64,000 nt of DNA from Auanema rhodensis (GCA_964057225.1 OZ059895.1:1922001-1986000), one strand, 5' to 3'; shown: positions 28,432-43,524, numbered from the stretch's first letter. A program made the numbers and translations. The notes: generated by a model not told the origin, from the letters alone.

Positions 28432-28782
28432 GAATAACATTGTCCATCGTCTTTGCCTTGAAAAATGGAATCTAAAAACATCTACTTTTTGCTAAATTAT
28501 TTTGAAATTTTTCGAAAAAATTTTTGTCAAAATGTTTTTGGAAGCAATGTTGAGTGTACATGGAAACTCAACATACACTAATGCATCATTTTTCAAACGA
28601 TCATAACTAATTTTTGTATTAAGCTTTTCTCAATGTAGTATAGTGCATTCGATGCGGATTTTTAAGCTGCGTCGATCTGTGTTATCAGATTTGCGCTAGC
28701 TTAAAAATGCACCGAGATATCAACTGATATAAGTTCACACTTATATCCTCGATTTTCACCCTGAAGAATTAATTTTTTCGTT

Positions 28783-31700
28783 GAATAACATTGTCCATCG
28801 TCTTTGCCTTGAAAAATGGAATCTAAAAACATCTACTTTTTGCTAAATTATTTTGAAATTTTTCGAAAAAATTTTTGTCAAAATGTTTTTGGAAGCAATG
28901 TTGAGTGTACATGGAAACTCAACATACACTAATGCATCATTTTTCATACGATCATAACTAATTTTTGTATTAAGCTTTTCTCAATGTAGTATAGTGCATT
29001 CGATGCGGATTTTTAAGCTGCGTCGATCTGTGTTATCAGATTTGCGCTAGCTTAAAAATGCACCGAGATATCAACTGATATAAGTTTACACTTATATCCT
29101 CGATTTTCACCCTGAAGAATTAATTTTTTCGTTGAATAACATCGTCCATCGTCTTTGCCTTGAAAAATGGAATCTAAAAACATCTACTTTTTGCTAAATT
29201 ATTTTGAAATTTTTCGAAAAAATTTTTGTCAAAATGTTTTTGGAAGCAATGTTGAGTGTACGTGGAAACTCAACATACACTAATGCATCATTTTTCAAAC
29301 GATCATAACTAATTTTTGTATTAAGCTTTTCTCAATGTAGTATAGTGCATTCGATGCGGATTTTTAAGCTGCGTCGATCTGTGTTATCAGATTTGCGCTA
29401 GCTTAAAAATGCACCGAGATATCAACTGATATAAGTTCACACTTATATCCTCGATTTTCACCCTGAAGAATTAATTTTTTCGTTGAATAACGTTGTCCAT
29501 CGTCTTTGCCTTGAAAAAAGGAATCTAAAAACATCTACTTTTTGCTAAATTATTTTGAAATTTTTCGAAAAAATTTTTGTCAAAATGTTTTTGGAAGCAA
29601 TGTTGAGTGTACATGGAAACTCAACATACACTAATGCATCATTTTTCAAACGATCATAACTAATTTTTGTATTAAGCGTTTCTCAATGTAGTATAGTGCA
29701 TTCGATGCGGATTTTTAAGCTGCGTCGATCTGTGTTATCAGATTTGCGCTAGCTTAAAAATGCACCGAGATATCAACTGATATAAGTTCACACTTATATC
29801 CTCGATTTTCACCCTGAAGAATTAATTTTTTCGTTGAATAACATTGTCCATCGTCTTTGCCTTGAAAAAAGGAATCTAAAAACATCTACTTTTTGCTAAA
29901 TTATTTTGAAATTTTTCGAAAAAATTTTTGTCAAAATGTTTTTGGAAGCAATGTTGAGTGTACATGGAAACTCAACATACACTAATGCATCATTTTTCAA
30001 ACGATCATAACTAATTTTTGTATCAAGCGTTTCTCAATGTAGTATAGTGCATTCGATGCGGATTTTTAAGCTGCGTCGATCTGTCTTATCAGATTTGCGC
30101 TAGCTTAAAAATGCACCGAGATATCAACTGATATAAGTTCACACTCATATCCTCGATTTTCACACTGAAGAATTAATTTTTTCGTTGAATAACATTGTCT
30201 ATCGTCTTTGCCTTGAAAAATGGAATCTAAAAACATCTACTTTTTGCTAAATTATTTTGAAATTTTTCGAAAAAATTTTTGTCAAAATGTTTTTGGAAGC
30301 AATGTTGAGTGTACATGGAAACTCAACATACACTAATGCATCATTTTTCAAACGATCATAACTTATTTTTGTATCGAGCGTTTCTCAATGTAGTATAGTG
30401 CATTCGATGCGGATTTTTAAGCTGCGTCGATCTGTGTTATCAGATTTGCGCTAGCTTAAAAATGCACCGAGATATCAACTGATATCAGTTAACACTTATA
30501 TCCTCGATTTTCACCCTGAAGAATTAATTTTTTCGTTGAATAACATTGTCCATCGTCTTTGCCTTGAAAAATGGAATCTAAAAACATTTACTTTTTGCTA
30601 AATTATTTTGAAATTTTTCGAAAAAATTTTTGTCAAAATGTTTTTGGAAGCAATGTTGAGTGTACATGGAAACTCAACATACACTAATGCATCATTTTTC
30701 AAACGATCATAACTAATTTTTGTATCAAGCGTTTCTCAATGTAGTATAGTGCATTCGATGCGGATTTTTAAGCTGCGTCGATCTGTGTTATCAGATTTGC
30801 GCTAGCTTAAAAATGCACCGAGATATCAACTGATATAAGTTCACACTTATATCCTCGATTTTCACCCTGAAGAATTAATTTTTTCGTTGAATAACATCGT
30901 CCATCGTCTTTGCCTTGAAAAATGGAATCTAAAAACATCTACTTTTTGCTAAATTATTTTGAAATTTTTCGAAAAAATTTTTGTCAAAATGTTTTTGGAA
31001 GCAATGTTGAGTGTACATGGAAACTCAACATACACTAATGCATCATTTTTCAAACGATCATAACTAATTTTTGTATTAAGCTTTTCTCAATGTAGTATAG
31101 TGCATTCGATGCGGCTTTTTAAGCTGCGTCGATCTGTGTTATCAGATTTGCGCTAGCTTAAAAATGCACCGAGATATCAACTGATATAAGTTCACACTTA
31201 TATCCTCGATTTTCACCCTGAAGAATTAATTTTTTCGTTGAATAACATTGTCCATCGTCTTTGCCTTGAAAAATGGAATCTAAAAACATCTACTTTTTGC
31301 TAAATTATTTTGAAATTTTTCGAAAAAATTTTTGTCAAAATGTTTTTGGAAGCAATGTTGAGTGTACATGGAAACTCAACATACACTAATGCATCATTTT
31401 TCAAACGATCATAACTAATTTTTGTATTAAGCTTTTCTCAATGTAGTATAGTGCATTCGATGCGGATTTTTAAGCTGCGTCGATCTGTGTTATCAGATTT
31501 GCGCTAGCTTAAAAATGCACCGAGATATCAACTGATATAAGTTCACACTTATATCCTCGATTTTCACCCTGAAGAATTAATTTTTTCGTTGAATAACATT
31601 GTCCATCGTCTTTGCCTTGAAAAATGGAATCTAAAAACATCTACTTTTTGCTAAATTATTTTGAAATTTTTCGAAAAAATTTTTGTCAAAATGTTTTTGG

Positions 31701-34700
31701 AAGCAATGTTGAGTGTACATGGAAACTCAACATACACTAATGCATCATTTTTCAAACGATCATAACTAATTTTTGTATTAAGCTTTTCTCAATGTAGTAT
31801 AGTGCATTCGATGCGGCTTTTTAAGCTGCGTCGATCTGTGTTATCAGATTTGCGCTAGCTTAAAAATGCACCGAGATATCAACTGATATAAGTTCACACT
31901 TATATCCTCGATTTTCACCCTGAAGAATTAATTTTTTCGTTGAATAACATCGTCCATCGTCTTTGCCTTGAAAAATGGAATCTAAAAACATCTACTTTTT
32001 GCTAAATTATTTTGAAATTTTTCGAAAAAATTTTTGTCAAAATGTTTTTGGAAGCAATGTTGAGTGTACATGGAAACTCAACATACACTAATGCATCATT
32101 TTTCATACGATCATAACTAATTTTTGTATTAAGCTTTTCTCAATGTAGTATAGTGCATTCGATGCGGATTTTTAAGCTGCGTCGATCTGTGTTATCAGAT
32201 TTGCGCTAGCTTAAAAATGCACCGAGATATCAACTGATATAAGTTTACACTTATATCCTCGATTTTCACCCTGAAGAATTAATTTTTTCGTTGAATAACA
32301 TCGTCCATCGTCTTTGCCTTGAAAAATGGAATCTAAAAACATCTACTTTTTGCTAAATTATTTTGAAATTTTTCGAAAAAATTTTTGTCAAAATGTTTTT
32401 GGAAGCAATGTTGAGTGTACGTGGAAACTCAACATACACTAATGCATCATTTTTCAAACGATCATAACTAATTTTTGTATTAAGCTTTTCTCAATGTAGT
32501 ATAGTGCATTCGATGCGGATTTTTAAGCTGCGTCGATCTGTGTTATCAGATTTGCGCTAGCTTAAAAATGCACCGAGATATCAACTGATATAAGTTCACA
32601 CTTATATCCTCGATTTTCACCCTGAAGAATTAATTTTTTCGTTGAATAACATTGTCCATCGTCTTTGCCTTGAAAAAAGGAATCTAAAAACATCTACTTT
32701 TTGCTAAATTATTTTGAAATTTTTCGAAAAAATTTTTGTCAAAATGTTTTTGGAAGCAATGTTGAGTGTACATGGAAACTCAACATACACTAATGCATCA
32801 TTTTTCAAACGATCATAACTAATTTTTGTATTAAGCGTTTCTCAATGTAGTATAGTGCATTCGATGCGGATTTTTAAGCTGCGTCGATCTGTGTTATCAG
32901 ATTTGCGCTAGCTTAAAAATGCACCGAGATATCAACTGATATAAGTTCACACTTATATCCTCGATTTTCACCCTGAAGAATTAATTTTTTCGTTGAATAA
33001 CATTGTCCATCGTCTTTGCCTTGAAAAAAGGAATCTAAAAACATCTACTTTTTGCTAAATTATTTTGAAATTTTTCGAAAAAATTTTTGTCAAAATGTTT
33101 TTGGAAGCAATGTTGAGTGTACATGGAAACTCAACATACACTAATGCATCATTTTTCAAACGATCATAACTAATTTTTGTATCAAGCGTTTCTCAATGTA
33201 GTATAGTGCATTCGATGCGGATTTTTAAGCTGCGTCGATCTGTCTTATCAGATTTGCGCTAGCTTAAAAATGCACCGAGATATCAACTGATATAAGTTCA
33301 CACTCATATCCTCGATTTTCACACTGAAGAATTAATTTTTTCGTTGAATAACATTGTCTATCGTCTTTGCCTTGAAAAATGGAATCTAAAAACATCTACT
33401 TTTTGCTAAATTATTTTGAAATTTTTCGAAAAAATTTTTGTCAAAATGTTTTTGGAAGCAATGTTGAGTGTACATGGAAACTCAACATACACTAATGCAT
33501 CATTTTTCAAACGATCATAACTAATTTTTGTATTAAGCGTTTCTCAATGTAGTATAGTGCATTCGATGCGGATTTTTAAGCTGCGTCGATCTGTGTTATC
33601 AGATTTGCGCTAGCTTAAAAATGCACCGAGATATCAACTGATATAAGTTCACACTTATATCCTCGATTTTCACCCTGAAGAATTAATTTTTTCGTTGAAT
33701 AACATTGTCCATCGTCTTTGCCTTGAAAAAAGGAATCTAAAAACATCTACTTTTTGCTAAATTATTTTGAAATTTTTCGAAAAAATTTTTGTCAAAATGT
33801 TTTTGGAAGCAATGTTGAGTGTACATGGAAACTCAACATACACTAATGCATCATTTTTCAAACGATCATAACTAATTTTTGTATCAAGCGTTTCTCAATG
33901 TAGTATAGTGCATTCGATGCGGATTTTTAAGCTGCGTCGATCTGTCTTATCAGATTTGCGCTAGCTTAAAAATGCACCGAGATATCAACTGATATAAGTT
34001 CACACTCATATCCTCGATTTTCACACTGAAGAATTAATTTTTTCGTTGAATAACATTGTCTATCGTCTTTGCCTTGAAAAATGGAATCTAAAAACATCTA
34101 CTTTTTGCTAAATTATTTTGAAATTTTTCGAAAAAATTTTTGTCAAAATGTTTTTGGAAGCAATGTTGAGTGTACATGGAAACTCAACATACACTAATGC
34201 ATCATTTTTCAAACGATCATAACTTATTTTTGTATCGAGCGTTTCTCAATGTAGTATAGTGCATTCGATGCGGATTTTTAAGCTGCGTCGATCTGTGTTA
34301 TCAGATTTGCGCTAGCTTAAAAATGCACCGAGATATCAACTGATATCAGTTAACACTTATATCCTCGATTTTCACCCTGAAGAATTAATTTTTTCGTTGA
34401 ATAACATTGTCCATCGTCTTTGCCTTGAAAAATGGAATCTAAAAACATTTACTTTTTGCTAAATTATTTTGAAATTTTTCGAAAAAATTTTTGTCAAAAT
34501 GTTTTTGGAAGCAATGTTGAGTGTACATGGAAACTCAACATACACTAATGCATCATTTTTCAAACGATCATAACTAATTTTTGTATCAAGCGTTTCTCAA
34601 TGTAGTATAGTGCATTCGATGCGGATTTTTAAGCTGCGTCGATCTGTGTTATCAGATTTGCGCTAGCTTAAAAATGCACCGAGATATCAACTGATATAAG

Positions 34701-37206
34701 TTCACACTTATATCCTCGATTTTCACCCTGAAGAATTAATTTTTTCGTTGAATAACATCGTCCATCGTCTTTGCCTTGAAAAATGGAATCTAAAAACATC
34801 TACTTTTTGCTAAATTATTTTGAAATTTTTCGAAAAAATTTTTGTCAAAATGTTTTTGGAAGCAATGTTGAGTGTACATGGAAACTCAACATACACTAAT
34901 GCATCATTTTTCAAACGATCATAACTAATTTTTGTATTAAGCTTTTCTCAATGTAGTATAGTGCATTCGATGCGGCTTTTTAAGCTGCGTCGATCTGTGT
35001 TATCAGATTTGCGCTAGCTTAAAAATGCACCGAGATATCAACTGATATAAGTTCACACTTATATCCTCGATTTTCACCCTGAAGAATTAATTTTTTCGTT
35101 GAATAACATCGTCCATCGTCTTTGCCTTGAAAAATGGAATCTAAAAACATCTACTTTTTGCTAAATTATTTTGAAATTTTTCGAAAAAATTTTTGTCAAA
35201 ATGTTTTTGGAAGCAATGTTGAGTGTACATGGAAACTCAACATACACTAATGCATCATTTTTCATACGATCATAACTAATTTTTGTATTAAGCTTTTCTC
35301 AATGTAGTATAGTGCATTCGATGCGGATTTTTAAGCTGCGTCGATCTGTGTTATCAGATTTGCGCTAGCTTAAAAATGCACCGAGATATCAACTGATATA
35401 AGTTTACACTTATATCCTCGATTTTCACCCTGAAGAATTAATTTTTTCGTTGAATAACATCGTCCATCGTCTTTGCCTTGAAAAATGGAATCTAAAAACA
35501 TCTACTTTTTGCTAAATTATTTTGAAATTTTTCGAAAAAATTTTTGTCAAAATGTTTTTGGAAGCAATGTTGAGTGTACGTGGAAACTCAACATACACTA
35601 ATGCATCATTTTTCAAACGATCATAACTAATTTTTGTATTAAGCTTTTCTCAATGTAGTATAGTGCATTCGATGCGGATTTTTAAGCTGCGTCGATCTGT
35701 GTTATCAGATTTGCGCTAGCTTAAAAATGCACCGAGATATCAACTGATATAAGTTCACACTTATATCCTCGATTTTCACCCTGAAGAATTAATTTTTTCG
35801 TTGAATAACATTGTCCATCGTCTTTGCCTTGAAAAAAGGAATCTAAAAACATCTACTTTTTGCTAAATTATTTTGAAATTTTTCGAAAAAATTTTTGTCA
35901 AAATGTTTTTGGAAGCAATGTTGAGTGTACATGGAAACTCAACATACACTAATGCATCATTTTTCAAACGATCATAACTAATTTTTGTATTAAGCGTTTC
36001 TCAATGTAGTATAGTGCATTCGATGCGGATTTTTAAGCTGCGTCGATCTGTGTTATCAGATTTGCGCTAGCTTAAAAATGCACCGAGATATCAACTGATA
36101 TAAGTTCACACTTATATCCTCGATTTTCACCCTGAAGAATTAATTTTTTCGTTGAATAACATTGTCCATCGTCTTTGCCTTGAAAAAAGGAATCTAAAAA
36201 CATCTACTTTTTGCTAAATTATTTTGAAATTTTTCGAAAAAATTTTTGTCAAAATGTTTTTGGAAGCAATGTTGAGTGTACATGGAAACTCAACATACAC
36301 TAATGCATCATTTTTCAAACGATCATAACTAATTTTTGTATCAAGCGTTTCTCAATGTAGTATAGTGCATTCGATGCGGATTTTTAAGCTGCGTCGATCT
36401 GTCTTATCAGATTTGCGCTAGCTTAAAAATGCACCGAGATATCAACTGATATAAGTTCACACTCATATCCTCGATTTTCACACTGAAGAATTAATTTTTT
36501 CGTTGAATAACATTGTCTATCGTCTTTGCCTTGAAAAATGGAATCTAAAAACATCTACTTTTTGCTAAATTATTTTGAAATTTTTCGAAAAAATTTTTGT
36601 CAAAATGTTTTTGGAAGCAATGTTGAGTGTACATGGAAACTCAACATACACTAATGCATCATTTTTCAAACGATCATAACTTATTTTTGTATCGAGCGTT
36701 TCTCAATGTAGTATAGTGCATTCGATGCGGATTTTTAAGCTGCGTCGATCTGTGTTATCAGATTTGCGCTAGCTTAAAAATGCACCGAGATATCAACTGA
36801 TATCAGTTAACACTTATATCCTCGATTTTCACCCTGAAGAATTAATTTTTTCGTTGAATAACATTGTCCATCGTCTTTGCCTTGAAAAATGGAATCTAAA
36901 AACATTTACTTTTTGCTAAATTATTTTGAAATTTTTCGAAAAAATTTTTGTCAAAATGTTTTTGGAAGCAATGTTGAGTGTACATGGAAACTCAACATAC
37001 ACTAATGCATCATTTTTCAAACGATCATAACTAATTTTTGTATCAAGCGTTTCTCAATGTAGTATAGTGCATTCGATGCGGATTTTTAAGCTGCGTCGAT
37101 CTGTGTTATCAGATTTGCGCTAGCTTAAAAATGCACCGAGATATCAACTGATATAAGTTCACACTTATATCCTCGATTTTCACCCTGAAGAATTAATTTT
37201 TTCGTT
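28783..37206. repeat. Higher-order repeat: three copies of a 7-monomer core, starts 9 monomers (3159 bp) apart
   Basis: Monomers with the TTCATACG marker start at 28783, 31942 and 35101. The divergent monomer X (T189C, G250C, T311C, C329A) starts at 29836, 32995, 33697 and 36154. A227C occurs at 31115, 31817 and 34976. Confidence 0.88.
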
Positions 37207-38961
37207 GAATAACATTGTCCATCGTCTTTGCCTTGAAAAAAGGAATCTAAAAACATCTACTTTTTGCTAAATTATTTTGAAATTTTTCGAAAAAATTTTT
37301 GTCAAAATGTTTTTGGAAGCAATGTTGAGTGTACATGGAAACTCAACATACACTAATGCATCATTTTTCAAACGATCATAACTAATTTTTGTATTAAGCG
37401 TTTCTCAATGTAGTATAGTGCATTCGATGCGGATTTTTAAGCTGCGTCGATCTGTGTTATCAGATTTGCGCTAGCTTAAAAATGCACCGAGATATCAACT
37501 GATATAAGTTCACACTTATATCCTCGATTTTCACCCTGAAGAATTAATTTTTTCGTTGAATAACATTGTCCATCGTCTTTGCCTTGAAAAAAGGAATCTA
37601 AAAACATCTACTTTTTGCTAAATTATTTTGAAATTTTTCGAAAAAATTTTTGTCAAAATGTTTTTGGAAGCAATGTTGAGTGTACATGGAAACTCAACAT
37701 ACACTAATGCATCATTTTTCAAACGATCATAACTAATTTTTGTATTAAGCTTTTCTCAATGTAGTATAGTGCATTCGATGCGGATTTTTAAGCTGCGTCG
37801 ATCTGTGTTATCAGATTTGCGCTAGCTTAAAAATGCACCGAGATATCAACTGATATAAGTTCACACTTATATCCTCGATTTTCACCCTGAAGAATTAATT
37901 TTTTCGTTGAATAACATCGTCCATCGTCTTTGCCTTGAAAAATGGAATCTAAAAACATCTACTTTTTGCTAAATTATTTTGAAATTTTTCGAAAAAATTT
38001 TTGTCAAAATGTTTTTGGAAGCAATGTTGAGTGTACGTGGAAACTCAACATACACTAATGCATCATTTTTCAAACGATCATAACTAATTTTTGTATTAAG
38101 CTTTTCTCAATGTAGTATAGTGCATTCGATGCGGATTTTTAAGCTGCGTCGATCTGTGTTATCAGATTTGCGCTAGCTTAAAAATGCACCGAGATATCAA
38201 CTGATATAAGTTTACACTTATATCCTCGATTTTCACCCTGAAGAATTAATTTTTTCGTTGAATAACATCGTCCATCGTCTTTGCCTTGAAAAATGGAATC
38301 TAAAAACATCTACTTTTTGCTAAATTATTTTGAAATTTTTCGAAAAAATTTTTGTCAAAATGTTTTTGGAAGCAATGTTGAGTGTACGTGGAAACTCAAC
38401 ATACACTAATGCATCATTTTTCAAACGATCATAACTAATTTTTGTATTAAGCTTTTCTCAATGTAGTATAGTGCATTCGATGCGGATTTTTAAGCTGCGT
38501 CGATCTGTGTTATCAGATTTGCGCTAGCTTAAAAATGCACCGAGATATCAACTGATATAAGTTCACACTTATATCCTCGATTTTCACCCTGAAGAATTAA
38601 TTTTTTCGTTGAATAACATTGTCCATCGTCTTTGCCTTGAAAAAAGGAATCTAAAAACATCTACTTTTTGCTAAATTATTTTGAAATTTTTCGAAAACAT
38701 TTTTGTCAAAATGTTTTTGGAAGCAATGTTGAGTGTACATGGAAACTCAACATACACTAATGCATCATTTTTCAAACGATCATAACTAATTTTTGTATTA
38801 AGCGTTTCTCAATGTAGTATAGTGCATTCGATGCGGATTTTTAAGCTGCGTCGATCTGTGTTATCAGATTTGCGCTAGCTTAAAAATGCACCGAGATATC
38901 AACTGATATAAGTTCACACTTATATCCTCGATTTTCACCCTGAAGAATTAATTTTATCGTT

Positions 38962-41900
38962 GAATAACATTGTCCATCGTCTTTGCCTTGAAAAAAGGAA
39001 TCTAAAAACATCTACTTTTTGCTAAATTATTTTGAAATTTTTCGAAAAAATTTTTGTCAAAATGTTTTTGGAAGCAATGTTGAGTGTACATGGAAACTCA
39101 ACATACACTAATGCATCATTTTTCAAACGATCATTACTAATTTTTGTATTAAGCGTTTTTCAATGTAGTATAGTGCATTCGATGCGGATTTTTAAGCTGC
39201 GTCGATCTGTGTTATCAGATTTGCGCTAGCTTAACAATGCACCGAGATATCAACTGATATAAGTTCACACTTATATCCTCGATTTTCACCCTGAAGAATT
39301 AATTTTTTCGTTGAATAACATTGTCCATCGTCTTTGCCTTGAAAAATGGAATCTAAAAACATCTACTTTTTGCTAAATTATTTTGAAATTTTTCGAAAAA
39401 ATTTTTGTCAAAATGTTTTTGGAAGCAATGTTGAGTGTACATGGAAACTCAACATACACTAATGCATCATTTTTCAAACGATTATAACTAATTTTTGTAT
39501 TAAGCTTTTCTCAATGTAGTATAGTGCATTCGATGCGGATTTTTAAGCTGCGTCGATCTGTGTTATCAGATTTGCGCTAGCTTAAAAATGCACCGAGATA
39601 TCAACTGATATAAGTTCACACTTATATCCTCGATTTTCACCCTGAAGAATTAATTTTTTCGTTGAATAACATTGTCCATCGTCTTTGCCTTGAAAAATGG
39701 AATCTAAAAACATCTACTTTTTGCTAAATTATTTTGAAATTTTTCGAAAAAATTTTTGTCAAAATGTTTTTGGAAGCAATGTTGAGTGTACATGGAAACT
39801 CAACATACACTAATGCATCATTTTTCAAACGATCATAACTAATTTTTGTATTAAGCTTTTCTCAATGTAGTATAGTGCATTCGATGCGGATTTTTAAGCT
39901 GCGTCGATCTGTGTTATCAGATTTGCGCTAGCTTAAAAATGCACCGAGATATCAACTGATATAAGTTTACACTTATATCCTCGATTTTCACCCTGAAGAA
40001 TTAATTTTTTCGTTGAATAACATTGTCCATCGTCTTTGCCTTGAAAGAAGGAATCTAAAAACATCTACTTTTTGCTAAATTATTTTGAAATTTTTCGAAA
40101 AAATTTTTGTCAAAATGTTTTTGGAAGCAATGTTGAGTGTACATGGAAACTCAACATACACTAATGCATCATTTTTCAAACGATCATAACTAATTTTTGT
40201 ATTAAGCGTTTCTTAATGTAGTATAGTGCATTCGATGCGGATTTTTAAGCTGCGTCGATCTGTGTTATCAGATTTGCGCTAGCTTAAAAATGCACCGAGA
40301 TATCAACTGATATAAGTTCACACTTATATCCTCGATTTTCACCCTGAAGAATTAATTTTTTCGTTGAATAACATCGTCCATCGTCTTTGCCTTGAAAAAT
40401 GGAATCTAAAAACATCTACTTTTTGCTAAATTATTTTGAAATTTTTCGAAAAAATTTTTGTCAAAATGTTTTTGGAAGCAATGTTGAGTGTACATGGAAA
40501 CTCAACATACACTAATGCATCATTTTTCAAACGATCATAACTAATTTTTGTATTAAGCGTTTCTCAATGTAGTATAGTGCATTCGATGCGGATTTTTAAG
40601 CTGCGTCGATCTGTGTTATCAGATTTGCGCTAGCTTAACAATGCACCGAGATATCAACTGATATAAGTTCACACTTATATCCTCGATTTTCACCCTGAAG
40701 AATTAATTTTTTCGTTGAATAACATTGTCCATCGTCTTTGCCTTGAAAAATGGAATCTAAAAACATCTACTTTTTGCTAAATTATTTTGAAATTTTTCGA
40801 AAAAATTTTTGTCAAAATGTTTTTGGAAGCAATGTTGAGTGTACATGGAAACTCAACATACACTAATGCATCATTTTTCAAACGATTATAACTAATTTTT
40901 GTATTAAGCTTTTCTCAATGTAGTATAGTGCATTCGATGCGGATTTTTAAGCTGCGTCGATCTGTGTTATCAGATTTGCGCTAGCTTAACAATGCACCGA
41001 GATATCAACTGATATAAGTTCACACTTATATCCTCGATTTTCACCCTGAAGAATTAATTTTTTCGTTGAATAACATCGTCCATCGTCTTTGCCTTGAAAA
41101 ATGGAATCTAAAAACATCTACTTTTTGCTAAATTATTTTGAAATTTTTCGAAAAAATTTTTGTCAAAATGTTTTTGGAAGCAATGTTGAGTGTACGTGGA
41201 AACTCAACATACACTAATGCATCATTTTTCAAACGATTATAACTAATTTTTGTATTAAGCTTTTCTCAATGTAGTATAGTGCATTCGATGCGGATTTTTA
41301 AGCTGCGTCGATCTGTGTTATCAGATTTGCGCTAGCTTAACAATGCACCGAGATATCAACTGATATAAGTTCACACTTATATCCTCGATTTTCACCCTGA
41401 AGAATTAATTTTTTCGTTGAATAACATCGTCCATCGTCTTTGCCTTGAAAAATGGAATCTAAAAACATCTACTTTTTGCTAAATTATTTTGAAATTTTTC
41501 GAAAAAATTTTTGTCAAAATGTTTTTGGAAGCAATGTTGAGTGTACGTGGAAACTCAACATACACTAATGCATCATTTTTCAAACGATCATAACTAATTT
41601 TTGTATTAAGCTTTTCTCAATGTAGTATAGTGCATTCGATGCGGATTTTTAAGCTGCGTCGATCTGTGTTATCAGATTTGCGCTAGCTTAAAAATGCACC
41701 GAGATATCAACTGATATAAGTTCACACTTATATCCTCGATTTTCACCCTGAAGAATTAATTTTTTCGTTGAATAACATTGTCCATCGTCTTTGCCTTGAA
41801 AAAAGGAATCTAAAAACATCTACTTTTTGCTAAATTATTTTGAAATTTTTCGAAAAAATTTTTGTCAAAATGTTTTTGGAAGCAATGTTGAGTGTACATG

Positions 41901-43524
41901 GAAACTCAACATACACTAATGCATCATTTTTCAAACGATCATAACTAATTTTTGTATTAAGCGTTTTTCAATGTAGTATAGTGCATTCGATGCGGATTTT
42001 TAAGCTGCGTCGATCTGTGTTATCAGATTTGCGCTAGCTTAACAATGCACCGAGATATCAACTGATATAAGTTCACACTTATATCCTCGATTTTCACCCT
42101 GAAGAATTAATTTTTTCGTTGAATAACATTGTCCATCGTCTTTGCCTTGAAAAATGGAATCTAAAAACATCTACTTTTTGCTAAATTATTTTGAAATTTT
42201 TTGAAAAAATTTTTGTCAAAATGTTTTTGGAAGCAATGTTGAGTGTACATGGAAACTCAACATACACTAATGCATCATTTTTCAAACGATTATAACTAAT
42301 TTTTGTATTAAGCTTTTCTCAATGTAGTATAGTGCATTCGATGCGGATTTTTAAGCTGCGTCGATCTGTGTTATCAGATTTGCGCTAGCTTAAAAATGCA
42401 CCGAGATATCAACTGATATAAGTTCACACTTATATCCTCGATTTTCACCCTGAAGAATTAATTTTTTCGTTGAATAACATTGTCCATCGTCTTTGCCTTG
42501 AAAAATGGAATCTAAAAACATCTACTTTTCGCTAAATTATTTTGAAATTTTTCGAAAAAATTTTTGTCAAAATGTTTTTGGAAGCAATGTTGAGTGTACA
42601 TGGAAACTCAACATACACTAATGCATCATTTTTCAAACGATCATAACTAATTTTTGTATTAAGCTTTTCTCAATGTAGTATAGTGCATTCGATGCGGATT
42701 TTTAAGCTGCGTCGATCTGTGTTATCAGATTTGCGCTAGCTTAAAAATGCACCGAGATATCAACTGATATAAGTTCACACTTATATCCTCGATTTTCACC
42801 CTGAAGAATTAATTTTTTCGTTGAATAACATTGTCCATCGTCTTTGCCTTGAAAGAAGGAATCTAAAAACATCTACTTTTTGCTAAATTATTTTGAAATT
42901 TTTCGAAAAAATTTTTGTCAAAATGTTTTTGGAAGCAATGTTGAGTGTACATGGAAACTCAACGTACACTAATGCATCATTTTTCAAACGATCATAACTA
43001 ATTTTTGTATTAAGCGTTTCTTAATGTAGTATAGTGCATTCGATGCGGATTTTCAAGCTGCGTCGATCTGTGTTATCAGATTTGCGCTAGCTTAAAAATG
43101 CACCGAGATATCAACTGATATAAGTTCACACTTATATCCTCGATTTTCACCCTGAAGAATTAATTTTTTCGTTGAATAACATCGTCCATCGTCTTTGCCT
43201 TGAAAAATGGAATCTAAAAACATCTACTTTTTGCTAAATTATTTTGAAATTTTTCGAAAAAATTTTTGTCAAAATGTTTTTGGAAGCAATGTTGAGTGTA
43301 CATGGAAACTCAACATACACTAATGCATCATTTTTCAAACGATCATAACTAATTTTTGTATTAAGCGTTTCTCAATGTAGTATAGTGCATTCGATGCGGA
43401 TTTTTAAGCTGCGTCGATCTGTGTTATCAGATTTGCGCTAGCTTAAAAATGCACCGAGATATCAACTGATATAAGTTCACACTTATATCCTCGATTTTCA
43501 CCCTGAAGAATTAATTTTTTCGTT
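38962..43524. repeat. Duplication at 8-monomer (2808-bp) offset; boundaries approximate
   Basis: A33G occurs at 40047 and 42855, each in a monomer that also carries T35A, T194G and C200T. Neighbouring monomer types match. Confidence 0.72.

Noticed and set aside
39032-39229. 65-aa ORF from the ORF track (MKFFEKIFVK...)
   Set aside because: It starts at TTG and exists only because A174T at 39135 turns the consensus TAA into TTA in one of 182 monomers. The product has no recognisable protein features.
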